DNA of 64,000 nucleotides from Lama guanicoe (lineage: Eukaryota). Positions 62,345 through 64,000 of this stretch are shown here, piece after piece (within the stretch, counting starts at the first letter, position 1; every line of letters starts with the position of its first letter). The notes beneath the pieces are model-generated. The model was given only the letters and a program-made list of their open reading frames with translations, was not told the DNA's origin and did not search any database. The stretch spans positions 3,473,225 through 3,537,224 of the forward strand of contig MU055269.1 of NCBI GenBank assembly GCA_013239625.1, written 5' to 3'. A program made the position numbers and the translations under genes.

Positions 62345-63324
62345 GGAGTGTGTGCCCTTCTTGGTCCCAGAGAAGCAGCAGGAGTCTTCAGGTAACGTGA
62401 TGCCCTGCAGCTAGCAGGTGATTTTTTGAGAAAATTCAAGTTTCTTCCAAGCTCTCTAGCTCATTCCCCCGAATGCTGTTAGAGACGTGCAGACAGTCCT
62501 CCTGAAAGTGCAGGAAATGTGGGCTTTGCTGGAGGGGTCTGGGTGGTCAACCTCTGCCCTGGGCCGGCCCCTCCCTCCACACAGGTGGCTCCGGGAGGAG
62601 GCAGCACCTTTTAGCTGTGACTTAGGCATCCTCTTCCAAGCTCTGGTCCATTTAGCAGGGGCCTTACAGAAGTGTCAGAGGGGCAGATTCTTCCCTGACT
62701 CCAGGAGTGAAAACTGTGTCCACACCCTGCTGCCCTCATGGGCGCTGGGCCTGCCGCCTCACGCGCGCACTGCTTCCTGCCTTCCCATGAGGAAGGGCCG
62801 CTGGCTAGGGCAGCTCGGCCTCCACGCCAGACTCCTGGCCCAAACAGGCCGTTAGCTGCAGAGCCAGCCTTCAGGTTTGCCAGGACAGGTGCCACCTCCC
62901 CTCTCCCCGCTGCTCCTGCCCTACTGGTCACCGCGAAATGTGGGCCCACAGCCCCCGGTTCCAGCTCCAGCGTGGGCCCGAGTCCTCTCCACTCCCCAGG
63001 GCCCGTGTGGCCGCCCCCTTCTCCCTGGGCAGGAAGAGAGGCCGCAGAAGTGGTGCATCTCTTGGTATCAAAATAATTCCACCAAGTTTGCATGTTCAGA
63101 TTTTCCATCAAGTTTTTTTTCCACTTTGAACAGTGGGTATTTTAAAGGGAGCCAAACAGTTGACAGTTTTATGTTCTAAACGAGTGGGGAACAGGTGAAC
63201 GGTGGTGGCCTGTAAGTTCACACTTCAGTGTAAGTTTACTCAGCTTACTCTTTTCTTAACTCTTCACTTTCACTGAACTTACACTTTCACTTTAAGTTCA
63301 TCTCTCTTGTCTCTTAAATGACGT

Positions 63325-63760
63325 CTATTTTATACTTTTTGAATTATAAAAGAATGTCATATTCATTGTGGAAACTTGGAAAATATAACAAAGGTGTCCT
63401 GGAAAAAGGACACCGCCTGGTGTAATTCCACCACCGTCAGCGCTCGGGCACGTTTCCTGCCCTTCTCTTCCTGTTGTGGGTGTGTGTCGCGAGCTCCTGT
63501 GCACACTCACACACACATACGTGGACACTGTAGCATGCGTATTTTTAAAGCCAAGCGGGGTTGCGCTGTGTGGACGGTTTGTACACCGTCATGAGCAGGA
63601 GGCAGTGGATTTTCCGCACCAGCTCGCGTGGATGCACCGAGCGCCCTGCTAACCCTCAGCCTCCCGTCAGGACAGATCTTACCTTACGGCGCATCCCAGC
63701 ACCAGCGCCCCCACGGGACGGCGGTTTGTCACGTAATTTCATCATCTGCCTATTTAGAGG
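63325..63760 (-). mobile_element. L1ME-type LINE-1 3' fragment
   Basis: aattataaaagaatgtcatattcattgtggaaacttggaaaatata...taattccaccacc resembles the reverse-complement L1ME3/4 3' terminus. Confidence 0.6.
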
Positions 63761-64000
63761 ACTGAAGTATGTCCGTCTGAGCCCACATCAAACTAAGAGC
63801 TCACAGAACCTGGAAGTGCCGCCTGCCTGGGTCGCCCACCCACCCGGGTCACGGGCTTGCCCGGGTCGCCCGCCAAGACACTCCCTGCAGCCACCTTGTG
63901 ACCCCGAGTCACGTCCCATTTTACTTCTGACCTCAGCTCAGGCAGCGCTCCTCCCTGTCTCACCTCACTTCTGTGTCGAGCCGTCGTTGGGTGTCAGCTG

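Noticed and set aside
61509-64000. Search for the next NFATC1 exon (NSLVVEIPP...)
   Set aside because: Not found; presumably lies beyond the window end rather than being lost.

Overview
This is GC-rich mammalian genomic DNA from a draft assembly with four N-gaps. It is probably laurasiatherian: the NFATC1 peptides resemble the artiodactyl-type sequence as I recall it, and I recognised no Alu, B1, Bov-A, PRE-1 or Can-SINE copies. The window opens with the last coding exon and short 3' UTR of ATP9B (+ strand). About 13 kb of intergenic DNA follows, with old MaLR LTRs, L1 fragments and CpG islands. The rest is the 5' part of NFATC1 (+ strand): two alternative first exons (alpha from promoter P1 at 14264, beta from P2 at 19015) and six shared coding exons of 1099, 160, 203, 173, 141 and 56 nt. 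All have GT-AG sites in consistent phase, and the gene continues beyond the window. Nearly all other ORFs in the track are GC-content artefacts. The most striking unexplained structure is a perfect 187-bp inverted repeat with a 31-bp spacer (32591-32995) in an NFATC1 intron. It could be a recent fold-back duplication giving a long intronic dsRNA hairpin, or an assembly artefact. Secondary observations are heavily GC-shifted L1 fossils, apparent loss of several basophilic-kinase sites in the NFATC1 regulatory domain, a near-consensus CTCF site upstream of P1, a G-rich minisatellite abutting a 3' splice site, and several candidate enhancer motif clusters. I see no evidence for a new multi-gene system.
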